Origin: an uncultured Clostridia bacterium
Lineage (GTDB): Bacteria > Bacillota > Clostridia > Christensenellales > CAG-138
DNA: 64,000 nt
Assembly: GCA_937900325.1 (NCBI GenBank)
Contig: CALCEX010000118.1
Coordinates: 15,903 to 79,902 of the forward strand
Direction: 5' to 3'
Positions 56,009-64,000 of the stretch are shown one piece after another. The position numbers were made by a program, and so were the translations under genes. The notes under the pieces are model-generated. The model was not told the DNA's origin, did not search any database, and saw nothing but the letters and a program-made list of their open reading frames with translations. Every line of letters starts with the position of its first letter. Position 1 is the first letter of the stretch.

Positions 56009-56218
56009 ATGAGCCTCCAAACAAAAGAAATGATGAAACAAAAAATCAGATAACAATTTTACCGAACATTTATTGTATCTTATCACGAAAAGGGAAAAAG
56101 GTAAAGAAGAAACAGCGTGCAAAAATAACATGAAAATACATGAAAGGCTTTCATGAAATCAATTACAAAATCGCATCGATAATTTTTGCGCAATATGATA
56201 GCCGCACTCGGACGTATT

Positions 56219-56228
56219 GTGCTATAAT
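56219..56228 (+). promoter_or_regulatory. extended -10 promoter (TGTGcTATAAT) of the second peptide ABC operon
   Basis: TATTGTGCTATAATAA at 56215-56230, about 155 nt upstream of ATG 56384. Confidence 0.5.
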
Positions 56229-56383
56229 AAGAAAATCAAAGACAGAGAATCGCACCAGCATATTTCACAGTAGCCCGCAGCGGCATTTTTATCTGAACAA
56301 AAAAGTATATCTTATAAGACGGATGTCACAACAAGCGAAACCATAACCCAAATAAATATCATAACCGAGAAGGAGAACTATCG

Positions 56384-58039
56384 ATGAAAAAGTTGACGTG
56401 TATCTTTCTGATCCTCGCAATGGTTTTTGCAGCGGCTGCGTGTACCTATCAGCAGCCGGCCGCAGCCCCGGAGGAAGGCGCTTCCGAGGCGGTCGCCCAG
56501 AAGCTGACGATTACCGAGTCTTCCATACCCACCATCGACCCTCAGCAGTTCAATGCGGCTTCCTCTTATGTGGTGCTCAAGGGAATAGGCGAGGGCCTTA
56601 TCCGCACCAGCCTCAACGACATTAACCCCGGCGTTGCGGAGAGCTGGGAGATCGCGGAGGATAACAAGAAGATGACATTCCACCTTCGCGACGGTGCTTG
56701 CTGGAGCGACGGCACACCCCTTACGGCGAACGATTTCGTTTACTCCTTCCGCCGCCTTGCTGATCCCCAAAAGGGCTTCAGCTATAGCTGGGTGCTGTAT
56801 GAAATAAAGAATGCCGCCGGAGTGCTGGACGGCTCGCTGCCCCTTGAGGAGCTGGGCGTTTCCGCGCCGGACGACAGCACCTTCGTTATAGAGTTCGACA
56901 CCCCCGCGCCCTATTACCTCGGATTCCTGGATATGCCCTGCTTCTACCCCGTAAAGCAGGAGCTGATAGAAAAATACGGCGATCAGTATGCCCTTTCCGC
57001 AGATTCCATGCTGACCAACGGCCCCTTCGTGGTATCCGAGTATCTGCCTGATCAGAGCATAACCATGATACCAAACGAGAACTACTGGAACAGAGAGGCG
57101 GTAAAGCTTGATGAATGCCAGCTGATCGTGATGGAGAGCGAGGCTGCCTTCGCAATGCTGGAAACCGGCGAAATGAGCCTCGCCAATATTCCCACCGCAA
57201 TGGCTCCCATGTATATGCAGGATGCATCGCTGCTGCCGGACTACACCGTCACCTCCTACATGAGCGGCGCCGTGGACTGGTACTGCATAAACATAGCGAG
57301 CAAGACAAACCCCATACTTGCCAACAAGGACTTCCGCCTTGCGCTGAACTATGCGCTGGATCGCGAGGAATATGTAAAGGTCGCCACCAACGGCCTGTAC
57401 AGCCCCGCCACTCGCTTCGTGCTTCCCGCAGTGGCCGGCGTTGACGGCAAGACTTACTGCGAAATGTTCCCCATCGACACCTATAAGACCACCGCAGAGC
57501 TCGACAAGGCCAAGGAGCACCTGAATGCCGCCATGACAGCCATGGGCATATCCGATCCTTCCGAGATCACTATAAAGCTCAAGATAAGCGATGACAACGC
57601 CGCGGCTCTCATAGTTGAAAACTGCCAGGATCAGTGGCAGCGCGCCCTCGGCATAAAGGTGGAGATAGAGAAGGTCACATACAAGGCGATGCTTGCAGAC
57701 CGCGTTGCGGGAGATTTCGACCTGATCTACGCCGGCTGGATGCCCGACTATGACGATCCCTATACCTACCTGAGCTACTTTGTATCCACCAACGCACAGA
57801 ACGGCGGAAAGTTCTCCAACGCCCGCTATGACGAGCTGGTAAACACCGCCAACAACTATGCGGACGCAAAGACACGTCTTTCGATGTATGCAGAGGCGGA
57901 GAAGATACTGATGGACGAGGCAGGCATGGTGCCCTTGCAGGTACGCGAGGTGCCCTATGCATACAAGAGCAACCTTAAGAACGTGAATCGCTTCTATCTG
58001 GGCTCCCAGACCGACTGGGCCTTCGGCTACTTTGAATAA
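56384..58039 (+). CDS. peptide ABC transporter substrate-binding lipoprotein (family 5)
   Basis: MKKLTCIFLILAMVFAAAAC lipobox. AAGGAGA RBS. Confidence 0.88.
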   Translation: MKKLTCIFLILAMVFAAAACTYQQPAAAPEEGASEAVAQKLTITESSIPTIDPQQFNAASSYVVLKGIGEGLIRTSLNDINPGVAESWEIAEDNKKMTFHLRDGACWSDGTPLTANDFVYSFRRLADPQKGFSYSWVLYEIKNAAGVLDGSLPLEELGVSAPDDSTFVIEFDTPAPYYLGFLDMPCFYPVKQELIEKYGDQYALSADSMLTNGPFVVSEYLPDQSITMIPNENYWNREAVKLDECQLIVMESEAAFAMLETGEMSLANIPTAMAPMYMQDASLLPDYTVTSYMSGAVDWYCINIASKTNPILANKDFRLALNYALDREEYVKVATNGLYSPATRFVLPAVAGVDGKTYCEMFPIDTYKTTAELDKAKEHLNAAMTAMGISDPSEITIKLKISDDNAAALIVENCQDQWQRALGIKVEIEKVTYKAMLADRVAGDFDLIYAGWMPDYDDPYTYLSYFVSTNAQNGGKFSNARYDELVNTANNYADAKTRLSMYAEAEKILMDEAGMVPLQVREVPYAYKSNLKNVNRFYLGSQTDWAFGYFE

Positions 58040-58068
58040 AGAAAGCGGAAATGAAGCGTCATACCGGG

Positions 58069-58092
58069 GCTGCGCGGCTTTTGCCGCGCGGC
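58069..58092 (+). other. intra-operon GC hairpin after the substrate-binding-protein gene
   Basis: GCTGCGCGGC-tttt-GCCGCGCGGC (10 bp, one G-U pair) with a weak T tract. This is typical of stabiliser or attenuator hairpins that raise the SBP-to-permease ratio. Confidence 0.5.
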
Positions 58093-58138
58093 CTTTACCC
58101 TTGATTTTCCATATTTTTTAAAGGAATCATAATAACCT

Positions 58139-59128
58139 ATGGGAAGATATGTATTAAAGCGCTGCGTGATAGCGGTCGTCACGGTGCTGGTGCTGGTCAC
58201 GATCATATTCGTGCTGGTGCGGCTGCTGCCCGGCGATCCCTTTACCAGCGAAAAGACGAATGAGGCCATCAAGGAAAAGATGATGGCTTATTACGGCCTT
58301 GATAAGCCCCTTATAGAGCAATGGTTCACCTACGTAAAAAATCTGCTCAGGGGGGATCTTGGCGTATCGCTGAAATACCCCGGCAGAACGGTCAATTCCG
58401 TCATCGCCCAGACCTTCCCCTTCTCCGCGAGTCTCGGCGCAAGGTCGCTCATACTGGCGCTCATAGTGGGTTTGTTTTTGGGGACTCTCGCCGCGCAGCA
58501 CGCGGGAAAAGCGCTGGATTATATCTGTGTGCTGATAGCGGTAATAGGCGTATCCATGCCGGATTTTATAATAGGAACACTGCTGCAGCTCGTGTTCGCC
58601 ATCAAGCTCAGGTGGCTGCCCGCAGGTCAGTGGATCAGCTTTAAGTATACGATACTTCCGGTGTTCGCTTTAAGCCTGTACACACTGAGCCTCGTTACCC
58701 GCCTCATGCGCTCCAGCATGATGGAAGTGATAAACCAGGATTACATAATGACCGCAAAGGCAAAGGGCCTCTCCAAGTTTGAGATAATATGGCGGCATGA
58801 GATACGTAACGCCATACTGCCCATAGTGACGACAATGGGCCCGCTGACGGCGGCGGTACTGACCGGCACCTTCGTGCTGGAGAAGATATACGCTGTGCCG
58901 GGCATGGGCAAGTTTTATGTGCAGAGCATAAACGATCTGGACTATACCATGGTGCTGGGTATGACCTCATTCTACGGGGTATTCCTGGTGACGGCAAACC
59001 TGATAGTGGACGTGCTGTACGGCTTCATAGACCCGCGCATAAAGCTGGAAGGCGGCAGCGGAAAGCGGAAAAAAAACAAGCCGGAGATAGGGGTAAAGAT
59101 GGAAGGAGGCGCGGCAGATGGAAAGTAA
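58139..59128 (+). CDS. peptide ABC transporter permease (OppB-like)
   Basis: MGRYVLKRCVIAVVTVLVLVTIIFVLVRLLPGDPF and a BPD-transporter domain. Confidence 0.88.
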   Translation: MGRYVLKRCVIAVVTVLVLVTIIFVLVRLLPGDPFTSEKTNEAIKEKMMAYYGLDKPLIEQWFTYVKNLLRGDLGVSLKYPGRTVNSVIAQTFPFSASLGARSLILALIVGLFLGTLAAQHAGKALDYICVLIAVIGVSMPDFIIGTLLQLVFAIKLRWLPAGQWISFKYTILPVFALSLYTLSLVTRLMRSSMMEVINQDYIMTAKAKGLSKFEIIWRHEIRNAILPIVTTMGPLTAAVLTGTFVLEKIYAVPGMGKFYVQSINDLDYTMVLGMTSFYGVFLVTANLIVDVLYGFIDPRIKLEGGSGKRKKNKPEIGVKMEGGAADGK

Positions 59129-60077
59129 TACCGTCATTTCTTCCGAAAAATACTTCGGCTTTGGCCCGGAGGACATAAAGCGCGCGCCAAGGGACCGGGA
59201 CAAACTGAATAAAGTTGTGCGTCCCAGTCTTACCTACTGGCAGGATGCATGGATAAAGCTGCGCAGGAACCCCATGGCTACCATAGGCCTTGTGATACTG
59301 ATGGTCTATATACTCATGGCCATATTTGTCCCCATGCTTTCAAAATACGACTATGCCACGCAGAATTCCGCCGAGATGAACCTGCCGCCCAGCGCCGGGC
59401 ATCTTTTCGGCACCGATCAGGCGGGCCGGGATCTTTGGGTGCGCAACTGGATGGGCGCACGGGTGTCGCTTTCGATAGGCATACTGGTGGTGCTTGTGAA
59501 TACCGCCATAGGCTGCGTAGTCGGCGGCATTGCGGGCTATTTCGGCGGCAGGACGGATATGGTGATAATGCGCATAATCGATGTGCTGTACGGCATACCC
59601 TCCCTCATAATCGCCATACTGATACGCACCGTCTGGCCCCAGGGCGGAATATTTTCGCTGATAATCGCCATGTGTATGGTGGGCTGGATAGGTTCCGCCC
59701 GCCTTGTACGCGGACAGATACTCCAGCTCAAGAACATGGAGTACGTCATGGCCTCCCGGGTGCTGGGAGCGTCCGATAAGCGCATAATAATCAGGCACAT
59801 GATACCCAATATAAGCGGCCTTATAATCACCAGCATGACTATGGCCATACCGAAGGTCATTTTTGACGAGGCATTCCTTTCTTTCCTGTGCATAGGCGTA
59901 CAGCCTCCCATGTGCTCCTGGGGCACGCTGGCCCAGACCGCCGTGCAGGTATACAGGGTATATCCCTATCAGCTTATAATCCCGGCGTTCTTTATCTGCA
60001 CCACCATGCTTTCAATAAATATGCTGGGCGACGGTATGCGCGACGCCCTCGACCCCAAGACCCGGGGCAAGTATTAA
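59118..60077 (+). CDS. peptide ABC transporter permease (OppC-like)
   Basis: OppC N-terminal extension and an EAA-type permease domain. It overlaps the upstream gene by 11 nt. Confidence 0.88.
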   Translation: MESNTVISSEKYFGFGPEDIKRAPRDRDKLNKVVRPSLTYWQDAWIKLRRNPMATIGLVILMVYILMAIFVPMLSKYDYATQNSAEMNLPPSAGHLFGTDQAGRDLWVRNWMGARVSLSIGILVVLVNTAIGCVVGGIAGYFGGRTDMVIMRIIDVLYGIPSLIIAILIRTVWPQGGIFSLIIAMCMVGWIGSARLVRGQILQLKNMEYVMASRVLGASDKRIIIRHMIPNISGLIITSMTMAIPKVIFDEAFLSFLCIGVQPPMCSWGTLAQTAVQVYRVYPYQLIIPAFFICTTMLSINMLGDGMRDALDPKTRGKY

Positions 60078-60089
60078 GGAGGGGCGGAT

Positions 60090-61127
60090 ATGGAAAAGAA
60101 CGGCATACTTGAAATAAAGGGATTGAAAGTATCCTTCAGCACCTATGGCGGAAGGGTAAAGGCAGTGCGGGATGTGAGCCTGGAAATAGGCGAGGGCGAG
60201 TGCGTGGCCATAGTGGGTGAATCCGGCTGCGGAAAGAGCGTCACGGCAAAGTCGGTAATGGGACTTATACCCAAGAGCTGCGTGGAGGGAGGAGAGATAA
60301 TCTTCCAGGGCAAGGATCTGCTTAAATATACCGAAAAGCAGATGCAGGGCGTTCGCGGCGACGACATAAGCATGATATTTCAGGATCCTATGACAAGCCT
60401 TAACCCTACCATGACGGTAGGAAGGCAGATAGCCGAGGTGCTGGTGAAGCATCAGCGCCTGAGCAAGCAGGACGCACTGAAAAAGGCCGAGGAATACCTG
60501 GGACTGGTGGGCATAGCCAACCCGGAAAAGCGGGTAAAGGAATACCCGAACAGCCTGTCCGGCGGTATGCGGCAGAGGGTAATGATAGCCATAGCCATGT
60601 GCTGCAATCCCAAGCTGCTCATAGCGGATGAACCTACTACCGCTCTGGACGTTACCATACAGGCGCAGATACTCGAGCTTATGAAGGAGCTGCAAAAGAA
60701 GTTCAACACCTCCATAATACTGATAACCCACGACCTTGGCGTGGTAGCGAATATGGCGGAGAGGGTGCTGGTGTTCTACGCCGGCAAGGTGGTGGAAAAC
60801 GGGCCTACCCGGAGCGTATTTTATCAGCCGCGGCATCCGTATACCCGCGGCCTGCTCAAGTCAATGCCCAAACTCAATGCGGAGGGGAAGGAGGAGCTGG
60901 TCAGCATAGAAGGTGCGCCGCCGGATCTGTTTGCGCCGCCTGAGGGCTGCGCGTTTGCAGCAAGGTGCGAATACGCAATGAACATATGCCATAAGCAGCA
61001 GCCGCCCTTTATAGGGGTGGGCGAGAACCACTGCGCCGCCTGCTGGCTCAACATGAGGGAGGTACCCGACGAGCTGCGCCCTGAATGGATGAAGAGCGAG
61101 CACGTCACATTGGACGATATAAAATAA
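60090..61127 (+). CDS. peptide ABC transporter ATP-binding protein (OppD-like)
   Basis: Walker [18 protein letters not shown], and a Cys-containing C-terminal domain. Confidence 0.9.
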   Translation: MEKNGILEIKGLKVSFSTYGGRVKAVRDVSLEIGEGECVAIVGESGCGKSVTAKSVMGLIPKSCVEGGEIIFQGKDLLKYTEKQMQGVRGDDISMIFQDPMTSLNPTMTVGRQIAEVLVKHQRLSKQDALKKAEEYLGLVGIANPEKRVKEYPNSLSGGMRQRVMIAIAMCCNPKLLIADEPTTALDVTIQAQILELMKELQKKFNTSIILITHDLGVVANMAERVLVFYAGKVVENGPTRSVFYQPRHPYTRGLLKSMPKLNAEGKEELVSIEGAPPDLFAPPEGCAFAARCEYAMNICHKQQPPFIGVGENHCAACWLNMREVPDELRPEWMKSEHVTLDDIK

Positions 61128-61138
61128 GCGAGGTAAAA

Positions 61139-62203
61139 ATGTTTAACGCCAATATTCAGAAATTTTTCGATAAGGGTATGGCGGACGCCATATTCCTCAT
61201 GAAGGGGGCGAACGTCCGCTGGGCCAGCGGCTTCAAGGGGGCGGACTCCTATCTGCTGGCTACCCCGGAGAGGGCTTTCCTTATAACCGACCCAAGATAT
61301 ACCGAACAGGCGGGGATAGAATGCCCCGATATAAAGGCCGTCAACTGGAGGGAAAAGGGCGGCGTTATGAAAGCGGCGGCGGAGATCATAAAGGAGCTCA
61401 ATCTCCGGCGGATAGCCTTCGAGGACGACGCGCTGACCTATCAGCTTTATAGCGCCCTCAGCAAAGAGACGGATGCGGAGCTCATACCGGCCGCCGGAGA
61501 AATAGAAATGCTGCGCAGCGTAAAGACGGTGGAGGAGATACAATATCTTCGCGCCGCCTGCGACATAGCCTGCCGGGCGTTTTACAGGATATTGGAGGAT
61601 ATCCGTGTGGGCGTTACCGAAAAGGAGCTTGCGGCCAAGCTGTCCGCCTACATGGTTTTTGAGGGGGCGGATACTCAGCCCTACGGCAATATACTCATTT
61701 CAGGCCCGAATACCAGCCTGCTGCACGGTATACCCTCGGACAGGGCGCTGGGGTACGGCGACTTTGTGCTGATGGATTACGGTTGCCAGTTTAACGGCTA
61801 CATGAGCGACATGACCCGCACCGTGGTGGTGGGCAAAGCCACGGATGAACAGAAGCGCGTCTATGCGCTGGAAAAACAGATGATAGAGGATTCCCTTGCC
61901 GTAATGAAGGCCGGCATTGACACGGGAGAGGTGTACAGGGCTTCCATAAAAGCAATAGAAAATACAGAGTATTTCAAATATCATTATACCGGCGTGGGCC
62001 ACGGCATAGGGCTGTTCGTGCATGAGCATCCCTTTATAAATCCGGCGGGCGGGAACGTATATGCGCCCAACACCGTCACCACCATAGAGCCGGGGCTGTA
62101 CATACCCGGCTGGGGAGGCGTGCGCATAGAGGATCAGGTAATAATCAAAGAGGGCGGCAACGAGAACCTTATTTCGGTGCCGCATGACCTGATCGAGGTG
62201 TAA
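61139..62203 (+). CDS. Xaa-Pro aminopeptidase/dipeptidase (M24B)
   Basis: Creatinase-like N-domain and M24 metal ligands (DYGCQFNGYMSDMTRT, HGIGLFVHE, EPGLY...IED). ATG 61139. Confidence 0.88.
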   Translation: MFNANIQKFFDKGMADAIFLMKGANVRWASGFKGADSYLLATPERAFLITDPRYTEQAGIECPDIKAVNWREKGGVMKAAAEIIKELNLRRIAFEDDALTYQLYSALSKETDAELIPAAGEIEMLRSVKTVEEIQYLRAACDIACRAFYRILEDIRVGVTEKELAAKLSAYMVFEGADTQPYGNILISGPNTSLLHGIPSDRALGYGDFVLMDYGCQFNGYMSDMTRTVVVGKATDEQKRVYALEKQMIEDSLAVMKAGIDTGEVYRASIKAIENTEYFKYHYTGVGHGIGLFVHEHPFINPAGGNVYAPNTVTTIEPGLYIPGWGGVRIEDQVIIKEGGNENLISVPHDLIEV

Positions 62204-62227
62204 TAAAGAAAAACAAAAAACGGCCAA

Positions 62228-62258
62228 CGCCTGAATCACCAGGGATTCAGGCGTTTTT
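62228..62258. terminator. intrinsic terminator (usable on both strands)
   Basis: CGCCTGAATC-accagg-GATTCAGGCG, a 10-bp stem followed by T5. Confidence 0.85.
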
Positions 62259-62313
62259 CTTTTCCAAAGTTCCTGATTTTAAAGCAGATTACCAAATATC
62301 CCTTTATCCCGTA

Positions 62314-62862
62314 TTACCTGCTGCGCCTGTCCCTGTGATTTACTGCCTCCGCACAGGCTGCGCCGATAAGCAGCAACGCCATGAGCCGGAGAACGCCGGC
62401 GTCGCCGGTCTTGGGTGTGACAAGCTGCGGGCATGGCGTCTCGCAGGCGCATTTGCCGCAGAGAACGCATTTTTTGCAGCTGCGGCAGTAAGCGTGCTCA
62501 TGCAGGCAGGGACGCCCCGCGGGCCTTGGGCTATTGGTAGGAGCAGGCCTATACGTAGGCCGGGGAGTGTGGGTCGGGCGCGGCTCCGGGGTGGCTGTGG
62601 GCTCGGGGGAAACGGTGGGCCCGGGCGATGCGGCGGGCTCGGGCGTGCCTGCGGGGAAGGGGGACTCCGCAGGCTCCGGCGAAGCTGAAGGCTCTGAGGA
62701 GGGCTCCGGAGCAGCTGAAGGAGCAGGCTCCGCTGTGGGTACCGGCGAGGCCGGGGGCTCCGGCGCAGGCAAAGACCGCGGGTTAGCGGCAAGAGCCGCG
62801 GAAGGTATCAGGGCAAGCAGCATAAACAGCGCCGCCGCGATCCATATTGTTCTTTTGTTCAT
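62314..62862 (-). CDS. small secreted Pro-rich, Cys-rich protein with a sortase-type C-terminal sorting signal (TPKTG)
   Basis: Signal peptide IWIAAALFMLLALIPSAALA, PEP/SPEP repeats, and 8 Cys in CLHEHAYCRSCKKCVLCGKCACETPC. This is followed by VTPKTGD, a hydrophobic stretch and NHRDRRSR. ATG 62862 follows GGAGAA. Confidence 0.65.
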   Translation of the reverse strand: MNKRTIWIAAALFMLLALIPSAALAANPRSLPAPEPPASPVPTAEPAPSAAPEPSSEPSASPEPAESPFPAGTPEPAASPGPTVSPEPTATPEPRPTHTPRPTYRPAPTNSPRPAGRPCLHEHAYCRSCKKCVLCGKCACETPCPQLVTPKTGDAGVLRLMALLLIGAACAEAVNHRDRRSR

Positions 62863-63012
62863 TCGGTTCTCCTTCCCGGCAAAGCATGAGAATCGCCTTG
62901 CCCATCTTTTACGAAATAAGTGTAACGAATAAATATGCAATAATCCATGGAGTTTTACCGGCATTGCTGGAAAAATATGCAGATAATTGAGGCGCGAAAT
63001 ATGATTTCGTCG

Positions 63013-63041
63013 TTGATTTATGGGCGCCCTTGTGGTAGATT
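63013..63041 (+). promoter_or_regulatory. putative sigma-A promoter of the EamA gene
   Basis: TTGATT (63013-63018), 17-nt spacer ending in TGg, TAGATT (63036-63041). Confidence 0.5.
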
Positions 63042-63073
63042 ATCCGTTATACGAAAAGGAAAGACAGGCAGGT

Positions 63074-63976
63074 ATGACTATAAACGATACGGCAAAGAGA
63101 AAACTGGCAAACATGGCGCTGCTGATAACGGGAATGATATGGGGCAGCGGCTTTGTTGTGATGAAAAATACGCTTTCCAGCCTGTCCACCAACTATATAC
63201 TTGCAGTGCGGTTCACCATAGCGGCTCTGGGCCTCAGCTATACCCTGTTTACGAAAGGCCCGGTCACGCTTGAAAAGATAAGGGCCGGGGCCGATCTGGG
63301 CCTGTATATATACGGCGCCTTTGCTTTGCAGACCTACGGGCTGATGTTTACTACGGCGGGCAAAAACGCGCTCATTACGGCGTTTTACGTCGTGCTGGTG
63401 CCGCTGCTGCTGTGGGTGATAAAAAAGCGCCGGCCGGAGGGAAAGGTATGGGCGGCGGCTGCGATGATGATCGCAGGAATAGCGCTGCTCACCGCCGGCG
63501 GCGGGGGCGTTAATATAGGCGATGCGCTCACGCTCTGCTGCTCGTTGGGGTACGCCATACATATCGTGCTCGTGGACGGATATGCCAGAAAGTATGACCT
63601 GATGCAGCTTACCTGCCTCCAGTTCTGGTTTGGCGCACTGTACGCCTGGGCGGCGGCGCTGCTGTTCGAGCAGCCTCCCGTAAAAATAGGAGGAGATACG
63701 GCGTTTGCGTTGGCATACTGCGGCATAGCCTGCACGCTCATAGGCCTTACGCTGCAAAACGTAGGGGTAAAGTACGCAAGCCCCGAGTATGCGACGCTGT
63801 TTTTGAGCACGGAATCCGCCTTTGGGTGTATATTCGGCGTGATATTCCTGCATGAGGCCATGACGGCGCGCATGATCGCGGGAGGAGCGATGGTGGCCGC
63901 GGCGCTGATGCTGTCGCAGGTGGAATGGAAGGACGTATTTTCAAAAGGAAAGGACAGGGACGCTCGTAATGCCTGA
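63074..63976 (+). CDS. EamA/DMT-family transporter
   Basis: 10-TM pattern with two EamA halves (LLITGMIWGSGFVVMK..., ...FLHEAMTARMIAGGAMV). ATG 63074. Confidence 0.8.
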   Translation: MTINDTAKRKLANMALLITGMIWGSGFVVMKNTLSSLSTNYILAVRFTIAALGLSYTLFTKGPVTLEKIRAGADLGLYIYGAFALQTYGLMFTTAGKNALITAFYVVLVPLLLWVIKKRRPEGKVWAAAAMMIAGIALLTAGGGGVNIGDALTLCCSLGYAIHIVLVDGYARKYDLMQLTCLQFWFGALYAWAAALLFEQPPVKIGGDTAFALAYCGIACTLIGLTLQNVGVKYASPEYATLFLSTESAFGCIFGVIFLHEAMTARMIAGGAMVAAALMLSQVEWKDVFSKGKDRDARNA

Positions 63977-64000
63977 AAAATTCTGCGGCTTCAAGCCGGA

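Noticed and set aside
56139-56155. CATGAAAGGCTTTCATG as a CcpA cre site
   Set aside because: cre is a 14-mer with a central CG (TGWAANCGNTNWCA). This palindrome has an odd centre and fails the CG core, so it is only reported as an unassigned palindrome.
56140-56346. 68-aa ORF in the AT-rich divergent control region
   Set aside because: No RBS, AT-rich composition unlike the real genes here, and it overlaps the mapped promoter motif. Likely non-coding.

Overview
This is a 64-kb chromosomal segment from a fairly GC-rich, spore-forming Firmicute. It looks like Clostridia: spoIIE, glgD, the yybS-gdpP-rplI-dnaB gene order, and an (S/P)PxTG-type sorting signal. Most of it is housekeeping. That includes the replication and c-di-AMP cluster (gdpP, rplI, dnaB), yhaM, an ECF sigma/anti-sigma pair, mgtE, tyrS, spoIIE, a LOG-family gene, pepF, two oligopeptide ABC systems, a glycogen operon (glgBCDA plus a GH13 enzyme), udk, an NlpC/P60 hydrolase, glmS, trmO, mscL, and divergent tRNA-Arg(ACG) and tRNA-Ala(CGC) genes. 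I recognise no complete defence system, CRISPR array, retron, DGR or intact mobile element. Four parts are not ordinary. (1) A 277-bp element at 31766-32042 is bounded by inverted repeats, flanked by TA and almost fully base-paired. It sits behind a consensus promoter, and a shorter copy lies at 30631-30724; it is either a MITE or a novel structured leader RNA. (2) A 290-bp unannotated, palindrome- and repeat-rich stretch at 51241-51527 lies between trmO and its terminator. (3) A scrambled prophage remnant at 9445-15075 has an orphan terL-portal pair and a late-regulator-like gene carrying a LexA-type box in its leader. (4) A 1.5-kb islet next to tRNA-Ala contains a doubly disrupted zinc-ribbon gene and a 19-bp tandem duplication. 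All functional calls rest on motif recognition by eye. No database search or folding program was run.
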